Shown here: positions 1 to 9,489 of the stretch, one piece after another
How the letters are laid out: every line of letters begins with the position of its first letter
Numbering within the stretch: the stretch's first letter is position 1
Assembly: GCA_963845535.1 (NCBI GenBank)
Contig: CAWJSK010000020.1
Location: 1 to 39,210, forward strand
DNA length: 39,210 bases
From: an uncultured Spirochaetota bacterium
GTDB taxonomy: Bacteria; Spirochaetota; Spirochaetia; SZUA-6; Fen-1364
Direction of reading: 5' to 3'
Position numbers and translations under genes: made by a program
The notes under the pieces: generated by a model
Seen by the model: only the letters and a program-made list of their open reading frames with translations
The model's database searches: none
What the model was told of the DNA's origin: nothing

Positions 1-225
1 CGGCTGTTCCGCCCCGGGAGCGGGCTGCGCCGCCCCGAAGGCGGGTTGTTCCGTGCCAGGGGCGGGGGCTGGTTGCGCGGCAGGGGCTGGTTGCGTGGTT
101 CCCGGCGCGGGCTGCGGCGTACCCTGCCCGCTCCCTCCCTGGTCCTGAGCCTGCGCTGCGGCAGAGAAGGCCAGAGCAGCGGCGAGGACGGCGGCGGCGA
201 ACAGGGTTTTCGTGGCACGGTTCAT
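1..225 (-). CDS. N-terminus of an exported protein with signal peptide and Pro/Gln/Ala-rich linker, truncated by the window edge; probably BamA by synteny
   Basis: ATG at 225 preceded by AAGGAG (235-240). Translates MNRATKTLFAAAVLAAALAFSAAAQA-QDQ.. followed by QPAP repeats, open to base 1. Lies directly downstream of tamB, where spirochaetes carry bamA. No POTRA or barrel sequence is visible in the window. Confidence 0.55.
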   Translation of the reverse strand, partial: MNRATKTLFAAAVLAAALAFSAAAQAQDQGGSGQGTPQPAPGTTQPAPAAQPAPAPGTEQPAFGAAQPAPGAEQP

Positions 226-306
226 CAATCAGGCTCCTTTACCATGGGATCCTCTCTGTGGCGCCGGCTTCCCGCCGCGACTTTCATGCGCGCTTTGCGC
301 GCTCTT

Positions 307-3300
307 TCAGTAAGAGTATCTCCAGCTGAACGACAATGCATTATCCGTCAGGAACAGCGTTTCGGGGTGCTGAGGCTGAAATACCCAATCCATAGTGAAG
401 AACGGCGTTGTCCACTCCATGCTCCACTCGATCTGCGGCGTCAGCCCGATGCCGGCGGTTGGCAGGGTTGAGGCAGGGATGGGGGGCAGGCCCACGCCAC
501 TCCCGCCGGAGTTGTTTGTCGAAACCCCTGTCGAGCCGGGAACGGGCTGCGTTTGCAGCCTCACGAGCGCTTCCAGAAACAGATCGCTCCCGACGTACTT
601 TCCAAGAGAGATGCTGGTATTGTCAAGGGGATTCAGGACGGTTCCGAAGATTTTCTGTGCCAGAAGGTTTTGAATGATCTGCGTGCGCACGGATACCATG
701 TCCATGCCCAGCGCGTCACGGAGGCGGTTCTCGAGCGGCCGCAGGAGCCATGCCTGGCTTACGTAGTCGGATGAGATCAGCGCGGCGGACAGGCCGAGGC
801 CCTGCGTTTCCGCCCGGGCGATAAAAGGAGCGCCGATCATCGCCAGGAGGTAGTTTTCCGACCGGGGGGGATCAGAGGTGAAGCGCGGGGTGAACTTGCT
901 GAGGGGATTGTCCGCGTCCAGGTAGATCCTGATTTCCTCCCCGCTGGAGGGGTCCCACTCCCTCACCTCGGCGCGCGCGGTGATGCGCGGATCGAAGCTC
1001 TGCTGGTCCTCATTGAACGCAATGGCGCCTCTCCTGAGAATGAAGCTTCTATCGAAGTAGTAGATTTCTCCGCCCTGGACGGCTGCCGTTCCCTTCACCG
1101 TGTAGGCGCCGGTGTCTCCCCGGTAGGTAATGGCAAGCTTCCCGCCGGGGCTCGCCGTGGTCCGCAGCACGGGGTAGCTCTCGGAAGGCCACGCGAACTC
1201 CACCCTCTTTCCCGTCTCCGCGTTCAGCGTCAGGAACGTCGGCGGCTCCTCGGGGACGAATGCCCCTTGCGGCGCCTGGCCGAGGGTTATGCGGCACTCG
1301 GTCACCACGACATTTCCGGTGACGTTCGTGCTCGTGTCATCTCCCGCGATCCGCAGGGTCCCCTGGACGTGGCCGTCCGCAATCATGCGGCCGAACTTCG
1401 CCCTCAGGTGCGCGGCGGTGTCGTTCTCCGTCTGCAGCGTCAGATCGAACGCCTGGGGCGCCCAGTGATCGATTGTGAAGCTTCCTTCGGCGCTCAGGCG
1501 GCTGGCCCCCGCGTTGACCACCACCGGCGGGAAGTGGAACTCCTTGCCCGTGAAAACAAGCCGGGTCGTGATGGGCCCGGCGCTGTCCGGAGAGTACGCG
1601 GACCTGACTCCGCACCCAAGGACGGCCAGCTCGCCATTGATGTCGGGATCATTGACGGGCCCGCTGATGGAAAGGCGGCCCGACGCGGATCCGGAGGTGA
1701 AGGAAATGACTCGAAACGCGCCCGCCTGTGTCGTGATGAGAGCCGTTTTCAGGACGGAGTTGAGCACGGTGGCGTCGAAAGTCTCTATCGCTGCCGAGGC
1801 CACGATCTTGTCACCGATTATCCTTCCACCCGCGTCGCCGACAAACGGGAGCGGCCGCGACATGTGGATGGCGAAAGCCAGGTTGGCGTCGATGGAGCCA
1901 TGCAGGGAATTGCCGGGGCCGCCGTCCAGTGTCAGCCTCCCCCGTTCGGTGCGGAATGTGACTCCCCAGGAGGGAAACGCGGTCCCCTCCGAGCTGATGT
2001 CGGTCAGGCTCAACCTGCCTTGAATCCCCAAATCGAGGAGGTTCGCCGGGGAAACACTTTGAGTCTGGCTTTGCGCCGCGGGACCTCCTCGGGCGCCTTG
2101 CACAGAGGCTTGAGCAGCAATGGGAACCGGCGTCGACGGGACGCCCGTCGTCGGCGGCGTGAACTGCCCCTCGAGGGTGGCAGTCAACTGCACGTGCTCA
2201 GAGAAGTATTCACCCGTATAACGGCCCGTGAGTGAGAACGCGCCTTTGCGCAGGTCTACAGACCCCGTGCCGTTGGTCAGCTTGTGGGCGAGATAGGTGA
2301 CCGTCAAGGCGCTGAGCTGGACGGAATCCGGTCCTACCGTTGCCTGGGTCTCCAGGGCAATGGGGTCGGTGCCAAGCCGGCCGTCTTTCAGGCTCAGACG
2401 GAAGGCCATGGACGGCCGAGTCAGCGGCCCGGTAATCGCGCCGGTGCCTGAGAGCGTCCCTCTCACGGAAAGTGATCGCATGCGCTCCAGGGGCACGCCG
2501 TCGAACCCGATCGAGATGCCGAGCATCCCGCTTTTCAAAGTCCCCTGCGCCGAATAAGACTCCGCGCCCGAACGGCCTTTCAGCGTTCCGCTGAACTGGG
2601 CGGCAAGCTTGTTTGCGAACTGAGGGTCGAAAAGGTCGGAGGGGAGCTCGAAAACGGCTTCGGCCGAGCCGGTGAGAGAGGAGTATGCGTCCGCGAACGT
2701 GACTCTCCCCATCTCCAGCTTCTTCGGGGTCAGTCTTATGGAAAAGCCGATGGTGTTCTGCCTGGATTCCAGGAGAGGCACGTTGAAAATAGTGAACAAC
2801 GGCGCTTGAACCACCCATTCGCCGGGTCCAGAGTACAGGCCGCTCGCCTCGAATGAAACTGCCGTGGACGAGCCCCCGAACAGGATGGGGAGCCTGGCAG
2901 CCTTTGCCAGCAGAGAGTACGTGCCGTCCCTGTTGGGAGCGATGTTCAACTCCAGGCCGTAGGATCCCGCCGCGGAGAGGCCACCGGCGTCCGAATAGCG
3001 CCCTCGGATTGAGAACTGCTTTCCCAGGAACGTGAGATCAGAGGAGAACCCGACCTGTCCGCCCTCGGAGAACGCTGCGAGCAGTGATCCGTCAACCGTA
3101 TAGGTCTTCCAGGTCCCGGAGAAATCGGTGATGGCGACATGCGTCGAGTCGACGAGCGCCGCGAAGTGGAGCACGGTGGTCGGATCATCCACGTGCGCTA
3201 CCGTGACGAGCGGGCTGCTCACCGTCACGGTGGACAGGTCCGTTGTAAGGGATAGATCGGCAGTCACGACATACTGCGTCAGCACGCTCCTGATGTCTTC

Positions 3301-4827
3301 CTGCCGCTTTGTGAGGGGACCCGCGCCGACCAGGAGGTGATAGAGCTTGTCCGGTGGAACGTCGCGAAGTGAGGCGGTGAGCGTTATGCTCGGGAGCTTC
3401 GCCGGTTCTGCATTCCCGGGTGCAAGAGAGCTGCGCAAAGGCTTGCGAAACAAGACCTGTCCATGCGCTGAAATGTGGCCGCTTGCAGTGTCGGCAAAGG
3501 AGGATTCGAGGGTAAAGGCAGCCCCCTGTTCCTCGGGGGCGAGCGCGATGGTGAAATCATCGAACCCGACATCGCCAATGCGCATGCGGCGCCCGGTCAC
3601 CGCGAGCCCGCCATTTCTGCGCTGGATATCGAGATCAGCGCTCACGCGCTTGCCCGTGCCCGCGTCCACATTCACGAGCGTCAGCACCCCCTCGGGGTAG
3701 AAGTCGGCATAGGAGAGGGTCCCGTCGAACTGAAGGCTGCCGGCCGGGGAGGAAAAACGCAGCGGTGAGAAAGAGACGCTTTTCTCGGTGCCCGTGAAGG
3801 TAGTGTCCAAGGTCAGGTCACGGACGGGGAACTGGTCCTGAAACCAGGCGGAAACGCCGATCTGGTACGCGAGGCTCCCGCTGGCAACGGAGTAGGTCAG
3901 GTGACCTGCCGCGGTGAGCGGAGCGCTCAAAACCGAGTTGAACTTGCTCAAGCCGTTGGAGAATCGCACGAGCTTGTCCGCCCGAAGCCCGTCGGTCTGG
4001 AAGCTCAGCGTCACCTGCTTCTGGTCGAGGTCCGCAACCATCCCGAGCTCGATGGGCTCCCTGTCCTGGATCTTCTGGACCTGGACCTGGTTTCCCTTCC
4101 AGACAACCTGGAGCGTCTGCTTTGCAAGGTTGAAGATGGAGCTGTCGAAGGACAAGAGACGCACCGTGAAGTCGGAGCTCGTGAACGCCCTGTCGATTTT
4201 TCCCCGGACGTTCACGGAAGAGGAAAAATCGAACCCGGACGGGAGCACCCCACGGCATTGGCCACGGAAGGCCGCGGCCAGCTCATTCTTCTCAGCATTC
4301 AAATCAAAAAACAAATGGGAGATGGTCAGAGTCGTTCCGCCGGATTGGAGGACAATGTCGACGTCCGCGCCGGTGACGCGGGCATGCAGGCCGTTCTCAC
4401 CGGCTCCCGGGGCCGTCAGCTTTTGGAGAAGATTGACGACTGCGGTGTCTTTCTGGAGGTCCAGCGAGAACCGGGTGTTCAGGATCCGTATCTCTCGGAG
4501 GGCCCCCACGGGGTCTTGACGCGTCAGCAGGTACGCAAGGCTGTAATAGATGCGCACGCGGTGAATGGTCAGGAGGGGCTTCGACGGGTCTGCCGCGTCA
4601 TGGATGGTCAGGTCACGGATCTCCAGGTAGTTGAGAAAAGAGGGAGAGATGCTGGCGTAGGTGACCTTGTTGCCGAGGGTGGACTCGATGGCCTCTATGC
4701 TTCGCGCCTTCAGCTCCGCCATCCGCGCGGTCATTTCCCGTCCGATTGCCGAGCCAAGAACAACCGTCAGGCCTAGCAGGACGGCAAGGCTTGCGATGGC
4801 GAACAATGTTACGGACGTCTTCCTCAA
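307..4827 (-). CDS. tamB: Translocation/assembly module TamB-like protein (AsmA superfamily, C-terminal DUF490)
   Basis: 1506 aa, N-terminal membrane anchor, long Gly-rich beta-strand body, DUF490-like C-terminus (FDPRITARAE..FTSDPP..SLGKYVGSDLF..FSWRYSY). TTG start with upstream GGAG. Confidence 0.85.
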   Translation of the reverse strand: MRKTSVTLFAIASLAVLLGLTVVLGSAIGREMTARMAELKARSIEAIESTLGNKVTYASISPSFLNYLEIRDLTIHDAADPSKPLLTIHRVRIYYSLAYLLTRQDPVGALREIRILNTRFSLDLQKDTAVVNLLQKLTAPGAGENGLHARVTGADVDIVLQSGGTTLTISHLFFDLNAEKNELAAAFRGQCRGVLPSGFDFSSSVNVRGKIDRAFTSSDFTVRLLSFDSSIFNLAKQTLQVVWKGNQVQVQKIQDREPIELGMVADLDQKQVTLSFQTDGLRADKLVRFSNGLSKFNSVLSAPLTAAGHLTYSVASGSLAYQIGVSAWFQDQFPVRDLTLDTTFTGTEKSVSFSPLRFSSPAGSLQFDGTLSYADFYPEGVLTLVNVDAGTGKRVSADLDIQRRNGGLAVTGRRMRIGDVGFDDFTIALAPEEQGAAFTLESSFADTASGHISAHGQVLFRKPLRSSLAPGNAEPAKLPSITLTASLRDVPPDKLYHLLVGAGPLTKRQEDIRSVLTQYVVTADLSLTTDLSTVTVSSPLVTVAHVDDPTTVLHFAALVDSTHVAITDFSGTWKTYTVDGSLLAAFSEGGQVGFSSDLTFLGKQFSIRGRYSDAGGLSAAGSYGLELNIAPNRDGTYSLLAKAARLPILFGGSSTAVSFEASGLYSGPGEWVVQAPLFTIFNVPLLESRQNTIGFSIRLTPKKLEMGRVTFADAYSSLTGSAEAVFELPSDLFDPQFANKLAAQFSGTLKGRSGAESYSAQGTLKSGMLGISIGFDGVPLERMRSLSVRGTLSGTGAITGPLTRPSMAFRLSLKDGRLGTDPIALETQATVGPDSVQLSALTVTYLAHKLTNGTGSVDLRKGAFSLTGRYTGEYFSEHVQLTATLEGQFTPPTTGVPSTPVPIAAQASVQGARGGPAAQSQTQSVSPANLLDLGIQGRLSLTDISSEGTAFPSWGVTFRTERGRLTLDGGPGNSLHGSIDANLAFAIHMSRPLPFVGDAGGRIIGDKIVASAAIETFDATVLNSVLKTALITTQAGAFRVISFTSGSASGRLSISGPVNDPDINGELAVLGCGVRSAYSPDSAGPITTRLVFTGKEFHFPPVVVNAGASRLSAEGSFTIDHWAPQAFDLTLQTENDTAAHLRAKFGRMIADGHVQGTLRIAGDDTSTNVTGNVVVTECRITLGQAPQGAFVPEEPPTFLTLNAETGKRVEFAWPSESYPVLRTTASPGGKLAITYRGDTGAYTVKGTAAVQGGEIYYFDRSFILRRGAIAFNEDQQSFDPRITARAEVREWDPSSGEEIRIYLDADNPLSKFTPRFTSDPPRSENYLLAMIGAPFIARAETQGLGLSAALISSDYVSQAWLLRPLENRLRDALGMDMVSVRTQIIQNLLAQKIFGTVLNPLDNTSISLGKYVGSDLFLEALVRLQTQPVPGSTGVSTNNSGGSGVGLPPIPASTLPTAGIGLTPQIEWSMEWTTPFFTMDWVFQPQHPETLFLTDNALSFSWRYSY

Positions 4828-5042
4828 TCCTGTTTCTCCAGGCGGAAACGGAATTTCACCGTTGCGACCGCGTCTTTCGTACCCTCCACCTGAGAGAAGA
4901 GGAGCTCACGGAGAGCTGCCTCGACGCTGGCATCAATCTCAGTATACCCAGAACTTTTCGTGATTTCCACACGAGCCACGCTTCCGGCCGCGGAGACCGT
5001 GATTCGGGCGGCAATGGCGATGACAAGGCAGGCGGTTCGCAT
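4824..5042 (-). CDS. Stand-alone TonB C-terminal domain protein (72 aa)
   Basis: MRTACLVIAIAARITVSAAGSVARVEITKSSGYTEIDASVEAALRELLFS..TVKFRFRL matches the TonB_C pattern (I.V...G.V..V.I..SSG...D.....A.R...F). Its stop overlaps the tamB start (TTGA). The longer upstream ORF is the antisense shadow of tmk. Confidence 0.65.
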   Translation of the reverse strand: MRTACLVIAIAARITVSAAGSVARVEITKSSGYTEIDASVEAALRELLFSQVEGTKDAVATVKFRFRLEKQD

Positions 5043-5048
5043 TACAAT
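5020..5048 (+). promoter_or_regulatory. Putative sigma70 promoter of tmk
   Basis: ATGACA(5020-5025)-N17-TACAAT(5043-5048), 9 nt before the GTG at 5058; no SD. Confidence 0.5.
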
Positions 5049-5057
5049 CGGCGCCCG

Positions 5058-5690
5058 GTGAAAACGACTATACTGCGAAGTTTCGTTGTGCTGGAAGGGC
5101 TTGACGGCGCTGGGACCTCCACGCAACTCACTCTGCTCTCCAAGAGACTGAAACACGCCGGGAAGCCCCATTGCGCCACCTGGGAACCCACTGACGGTCC
5201 GGTGGGCAAGCTCCTGCGCGCAATCCTTGCCAAAGAGGTGAAGGCGCTGCCTTCCACCATCGCCATGCTCTATGCCGCGGACCGCAACGAGCACGTGAAT
5301 GCCGCGGAGACCGGCATCCTGGCGCGGACGTCGCGAGGAGAGCTTGTCATCTGTGATCGCTACGTCTTTTCGAGCCTGGCATACCAGTCCATCGATTGCG
5401 GCCTCGAATACGTTTTCGGCCTCAACAAGGATTTTCCCCTCCCCCGGTGCCTCATTTTCATCGACACGCCGGTGGAAGTCAGCCAGAAGCGGCTCTCCGG
5501 CCGCGGCAGGCAGGAGCTTTTCGACGGCCAGGCGTTTCAGGCCAGGGTCAGGAACAACTACCTGGCGGCCATGGAGAGATATCAGTCCAGCGGCATGGCG
5601 ATATCGATCGTCAACGGGGACAGGCCGCAAGAGGCCATCCATGAAGAGATCTGGAAAATACTCTCCGGCCTGCCGATAACAGGGATGTGA
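5058..5690 (+). CDS. tmk: Thymidylate kinase
   Basis: FVVLEGLDGAGTSTQ P-loop, TWEP, LYAADRNEH, VICDRYVFSSLAYQ motifs. Start moved to GTG 5058. Confidence 0.93.
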   Translation: MKTTILRSFVVLEGLDGAGTSTQLTLLSKRLKHAGKPHCATWEPTDGPVGKLLRAILAKEVKALPSTIAMLYAADRNEHVNAAETGILARTSRGELVICDRYVFSSLAYQSIDCGLEYVFGLNKDFPLPRCLIFIDTPVEVSQKRLSGRGRQELFDGQAFQARVRNNYLAAMERYQSSGMAISIVNGDRPQEAIHEEIWKILSGLPITGM

Positions 5691-6295
5691 AGCGGGCCGT
5701 TCTTGCCTTCCTGCTCATCGTCGTCCCCCTCCTGCCTGTCTCTGCGTGGCGCATCCTTTATGCCGAGCAGTACTACCGGCTGTACCATGAAACGCTTCAT
5801 CACTACCCGGAAGACACTATGGAGGATATCGAGTATCTCGAGCTTGCCCTGAAAGCTGATTTCGCTCCTTTTGCCAACCCCCTGTACGCGCTTGCGACTA
5901 TCCACAACACAACCGAGTGGGAGCGCTACCGCTACCTGTTCTCCATGCACGTGAGCTTGAAGCTCATCTACCTGTACCTGACTCTCGGCAGCAAGTACGA
6001 CAAGATGGTGGCGTACTTCTACAACTATCCCTGGAAAAGACAGAACCTCGAAAGCCTGGACACGGCGGAGAAGATATATCGGGTGGCCTACGGGTACTGG
6101 AAGGATGCTCAGAAGTGGTCCGTGATGGCGTGGGATATGCAGGACGTGGACCTCCCTGAGATACAGGAGTGGGAGGACGAGAACTTCCGAGTGCAGTCAG
6201 GGGACCTGAACTACAAGGACATCATCGATGCCCAGCTCGCGCGGCTGGAAAAAGTCCGCTCCGACTTCCAGAAAATGGACCAGCATACGTATTGA
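5687..6295 (+). CDS. Hypothetical exported helical protein
   Basis: 202 aa, signal peptide MKRAVLAFLLIVVPLLPVSA, GTGA overlap with the tmk stop, Tyr/Trp-rich protein-like composition. Confidence 0.8.
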   Translation: MKRAVLAFLLIVVPLLPVSAWRILYAEQYYRLYHETLHHYPEDTMEDIEYLELALKADFAPFANPLYALATIHNTTEWERYRYLFSMHVSLKLIYLYLTLGSKYDKMVAYFYNYPWKRQNLESLDTAEKIYRVAYGYWKDAQKWSVMAWDMQDVDLPEIQEWEDENFRVQSGDLNYKDIIDAQLARLEKVRSDFQKMDQHTY

Positions 6296-6317
6296 ATGGG
6301 GCCGCCGAGCCATCGAG

Positions 6318-7334
6318 CTACCGAATCAACATTGCATCGCCAAATGAGAAGAACCGGTAGCGCTTCCCAATTGCATCGGCGTAGGTCTTGAGGATCAGCT
6401 CCCGTCCGGCAAACGCGCTCACGAGCACGAGCAGGCTGGATTCGGGCGTGTGGAAGTTCGTGAATAGCTGCGACACCACCTTGAACCTGTACCCCGGTGT
6501 GATGAAAACCCGCGTGCTGCCGTCTCCCGCCGCAAGCCCTTCATCCGTCCACGCGGTCTCGAGCGTGCGGACAACCGTAGTGCCAACCGCAAGGACCGGC
6601 CGACTGTCACGCAGGGCGGCATCCACCAGCTCCTTTGTTTCCCGGGGCACAGAGTACGCCTCTTCATGCATCCTGTGCTCCTCGATCTGAGCGCTTCGGA
6701 TGGGCAGGAACGTCCCGAGCCCGACATGCAGCGTGACCCGGCACACCTGGGCCCCGGCATCCCCAATCTCCTCCAGCAGGCGTTCGGTGAAATGAAGCCC
6801 CGCGGTGGGAGCCGCGGCTGAACCAATGGCCCGCGAATAGACGGTCTGGTACCTTTCTTCGTCATTCGGCGTGTCAGGCCGCCTCACGTAAGGAGGAAGA
6901 GGCACGTGCCCATTCCGTTCCAGCCAGGAGTCATCCACGACGGGGTGAAATCGGATCAAACGAACGTCTGCGTCCACTGATTCAATGGTCCCGCGGACGC
7001 CTTCAGGAAAGCTCAAGGGCTTCCCGGCGCGAACCCTCCCCGCCCCGCCCACGAGCGCCTCCCAGAGCTCTGCGTTTCTGCGATTCAGGAGAAGGACTTC
7101 GACTTTTTTCCCGGTGGCGGTCTGCCCGAACAACCTTGCTTTTCGAACGCGCGTGTCGTTCAGCACAACGACAGTCCCGGGCGCCACGAGTCCGGGGAGG
7201 TCGCTCGCGTGCAGGTCCCGAGTTTCGCCCGTTGCCCGATCCAGGACAAGGAGCCTCGAGTCTTCGCGGCGCGCCGCGGGCTCTTGCGCAATCAGCTCGG
7301 AGGGGAGGTCAAAAGAGAAGAGACTGGTCTCCAC
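6318..7334 (-). CDS. queA: S-adenosylmethionine:tRNA ribosyltransferase-isomerase
   Basis: FDLPSELIAQEP, GHVPLPPY, ERYQTVY, AAPTAGLHF, VTLHVGLGTF, TNFHTP, YRFFSFGDAM. Confidence 0.97.
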   Translation of the reverse strand: METSLFSFDLPSELIAQEPAARREDSRLLVLDRATGETRDLHASDLPGLVAPGTVVVLNDTRVRKARLFGQTATGKKVEVLLLNRRNAELWEALVGGAGRVRAGKPLSFPEGVRGTIESVDADVRLIRFHPVVDDSWLERNGHVPLPPYVRRPDTPNDEERYQTVYSRAIGSAAAPTAGLHFTERLLEEIGDAGAQVCRVTLHVGLGTFLPIRSAQIEEHRMHEEAYSVPRETKELVDAALRDSRPVLAVGTTVVRTLETAWTDEGLAAGDGSTRVFITPGYRFKVVSQLFTNFHTPESSLLVLVSAFAGRELILKTYADAIGKRYRFFSFGDAMLIR

Positions 7335-8352
7335 GCGTCGTCCGCTTGATCCCCAGATGTTCCCAGGCGCCTTCTGTGGCCACCCGCCCGCGCGGAGTGC
7401 GCTTCAGGAAACCCATCTGGATGAGGTATGGCTCGTAGACGTCCTCGAGAGTGTCCACGGCTTCTCCGATGGAGATCGCGATGGTCTCGGAGCCAACGGG
7501 CCCGCCGGCGTATTTTTCCACCAGCGTCCGCAGGATCTCGCGGTCCACCTTGTCCAGGCCCCGCTTGTCGATCTCCAGGGACTCCAGGCCCCGGGTCACG
7601 ATGGGCAGGTCGATGATCCCCTCCCCCCAGACCTGCGCAAAATCCCTCATCCTTCGAAGGATCCTGTTGGCAATCCGCGGGGTCCCCCGTGAGCATCGGG
7701 ACACCATCTCCGCGGCATTCTCTTCCAGCGTCACGGAGAGGATGCCGGCGGACCGAAACACGATCTTGCGGATGTCCTCGGGCTCGTAGAAATCCAGCCG
7801 CATGGGGATTCCGAACCGGGAGTACAGCGGGCTGGAAACGAGGCCGGTCTTCGTGGTGGCGCCGACGAGCGTGAACGGGGGAAGCGGGATCTTGATGGTC
7901 CGGGCGCCGGGACCCTGGCCGATCACGACGTCGATCTCGAAGTCCTCCATTGCGGAGTAGAGCATTTCTTCGATCACCGGCTTGAGCCGGTGGATCTCAT
8001 CTATGAAAAAGATGTTTCGTTCCCCAATGCTCGTGAGGATGGCGGCAAGGTCCCCGGGCTTCTCCAAGGCGGGGGCCGAGGTGGCCCGGAACTGGACCCC
8101 CAGCTCGTTGGCCACGATGGCCGCAAGCGTCGTTTTTCCGAGCCCGGGAGGGCCGGAGAGGAACACATGGTCCAGGTGCTCCCCGCGCCTTTTTGCGGCT
8201 TCGATGTAGACGGCCAGGTTTTCCTTCAGCTTGTCCTGTCCGACGAACTCGGACAGGAGGCGCGGCCTCAGGGAAAGCTCTTCGGTGTCTTCCGCGGGAT
8301 TGAAGCCCGGATCTGGAAGACGCGGAGCCTCGTCCGGGGATCTGTTTTTCAC
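7309..8352 (-). CDS. ruvB: Holliday junction branch migration helicase RuvB
   Basis: LRP..L.EFVGQ, Walker A GPPGLGKTT, Walker B FIDEIH, RGTPRIANR, GGPVG, EPYL..GF..RTPRGR. Confidence 0.98.
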   Translation of the reverse strand: MKNRSPDEAPRLPDPGFNPAEDTEELSLRPRLLSEFVGQDKLKENLAVYIEAAKRRGEHLDHVFLSGPPGLGKTTLAAIVANELGVQFRATSAPALEKPGDLAAILTSIGERNIFFIDEIHRLKPVIEEMLYSAMEDFEIDVVIGQGPGARTIKIPLPPFTLVGATTKTGLVSSPLYSRFGIPMRLDFYEPEDIRKIVFRSAGILSVTLEENAAEMVSRCSRGTPRIANRILRRMRDFAQVWGEGIIDLPIVTRGLESLEIDKRGLDKVDREILRTLVEKYAGGPVGSETIAISIGEAVDTLEDVYEPYLIQMGFLKRTPRGRVATEGAWEHLGIKRTTRGDQSLLF

Positions 8353-8984
8353 GGAACGTTCCCCTCAGGGTTGGCGCCGGGACCGGCGTTCGATTCTCCG
8401 CCGGCAATGGCCACGGCGCGCTTGAAGAGCTCTCGTTCAAGCTCCTCGCCTTTCTTCTCATGACCGGCCATCGACTTGGCGGCGGCCGTCACGGCGCTCC
8501 GGGCGGTTCTCCGGTCGAACCCCATGCCGACGAGCGCGGTGGCGATATCATCTTCAGCGGACCGGCCCGCACTCTCCACGGCCGGAGTCAGCTTCCCCTT
8601 GAGCGTGAGAATGATCTTCTGCGCCGTCTTTTTGCCGATGCCGGGAAGCGAAGAGAGCCCATCTACATCGTCTGCCTCGAGGGCCTGCGCGAACTTTTCT
8701 CTGTCCACGCCGGACAGCACCTTGAGCGCGCCGCGAGGGCCTACACCGTCCACTTTCTGAAGGTCGAGGAAGAGCACTCTCTCCGCGATGTCGGAAAACC
8801 CGTACAGGCGCATGGAGTCCTCGCGGTGCAGCAGGTACGTGTAGACGCGCGCAACCTGGCCCACGGGCGGAAGCTTTTCCAGCGCCTTCCGTGAGACGGT
8901 AAGGTCCCATTCCACCCCGCCCGTCTGGAGGCAGAGCCTTTCCTCCCCTTTGTATGTTATCTGGCCCGTGACGCTATTGAACAT
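8349..8984 (-). CDS. ruvA: Holliday junction branch migration protein RuvA
   Basis: LYGF, HhH motifs VDGVGPRGA and LPGIGKKTAQKI, C-terminal ALVGMGF; lies between ruvC and ruvB. Confidence 0.96.
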   Translation of the reverse strand: MFNSVTGQITYKGEERLCLQTGGVEWDLTVSRKALEKLPPVGQVARVYTYLLHREDSMRLYGFSDIAERVLFLDLQKVDGVGPRGALKVLSGVDREKFAQALEADDVDGLSSLPGIGKKTAQKIILTLKGKLTPAVESAGRSAEDDIATALVGMGFDRRTARSAVTAAAKSMAGHEKKGEELERELFKRAVAIAGGESNAGPGANPEGNVP

Positions 8985-9489
8985 AGACCTGTTGCCTGTT
9001 TGCGTGGCAGATGGCCACCGCCAGGGCGTCAGCGGCGTGATCCGGGGAAGGGATTTCCTCCAACCCGAGAACCACGCTCACCAAGCGCTGCACCTGGACT
9101 TTGTCCGCCTTCCCGCGGCCAATCACCGCCTGCTTCACGTGCTGGGGGGAATAGCATTCAACGGGGATCCCGCGCTGGCCGAGGGCCAGGAGTACTACGC
9201 CGCGCGCGTGAGCCACCTGCATGGCGCTTGATGCGTTGCGGGCGAAGAAAAGCTCTTCCACCCCAGCCTCCGTGGGACCATATTTCGCAAGGAGCTTTCG
9301 AAGCGCGTTGTGGATGATGAGAAGGCGTTCTGAAAGGGGGAATTCGGCCTCGGTGCGGACAACGCCGTGGGCCACGTGAAAGAAGCGGGAGCCGTCGAAG
9401 CGCACGACTCCCCATCCGGTTGCCGCGAGCCCGGGATCAATCCCGATGAGCGTCCTCATGACGGGGCTGTCGGGGCGCGGCCGTGACAC
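8974..9489 (-). CDS. ruvC: Crossover junction endodeoxyribonuclease RuvC (alternative start ATG 9459)
   Basis: IGIDPG..TGWG, EELFF, ARGV, G.G.ADK.QV, DHAADALAVAICH. Confidence 0.96.
   Translation of the reverse strand: MSRPRPDSPVMRTLIGIDPGLAATGWGVVRFDGSRFFHVAHGVVRTEAEFPLSERLLIIHNALRKLLAKYGPTEAGVEELFFARNASSAMQVAHARGVVLLALGQRGIPVECYSPQHVKQAVIGRGKADKVQVQRLVSVVLGLEEIPSPDHAADALAVAICHANRQQVYVQ

Noticed and set aside
5043..5642. Upstream 200 codons of the 272-aa minus ORF 4824..5642
   Set aside because: Antisense shadow of tmk; only the last 72 codons look like a real domain.
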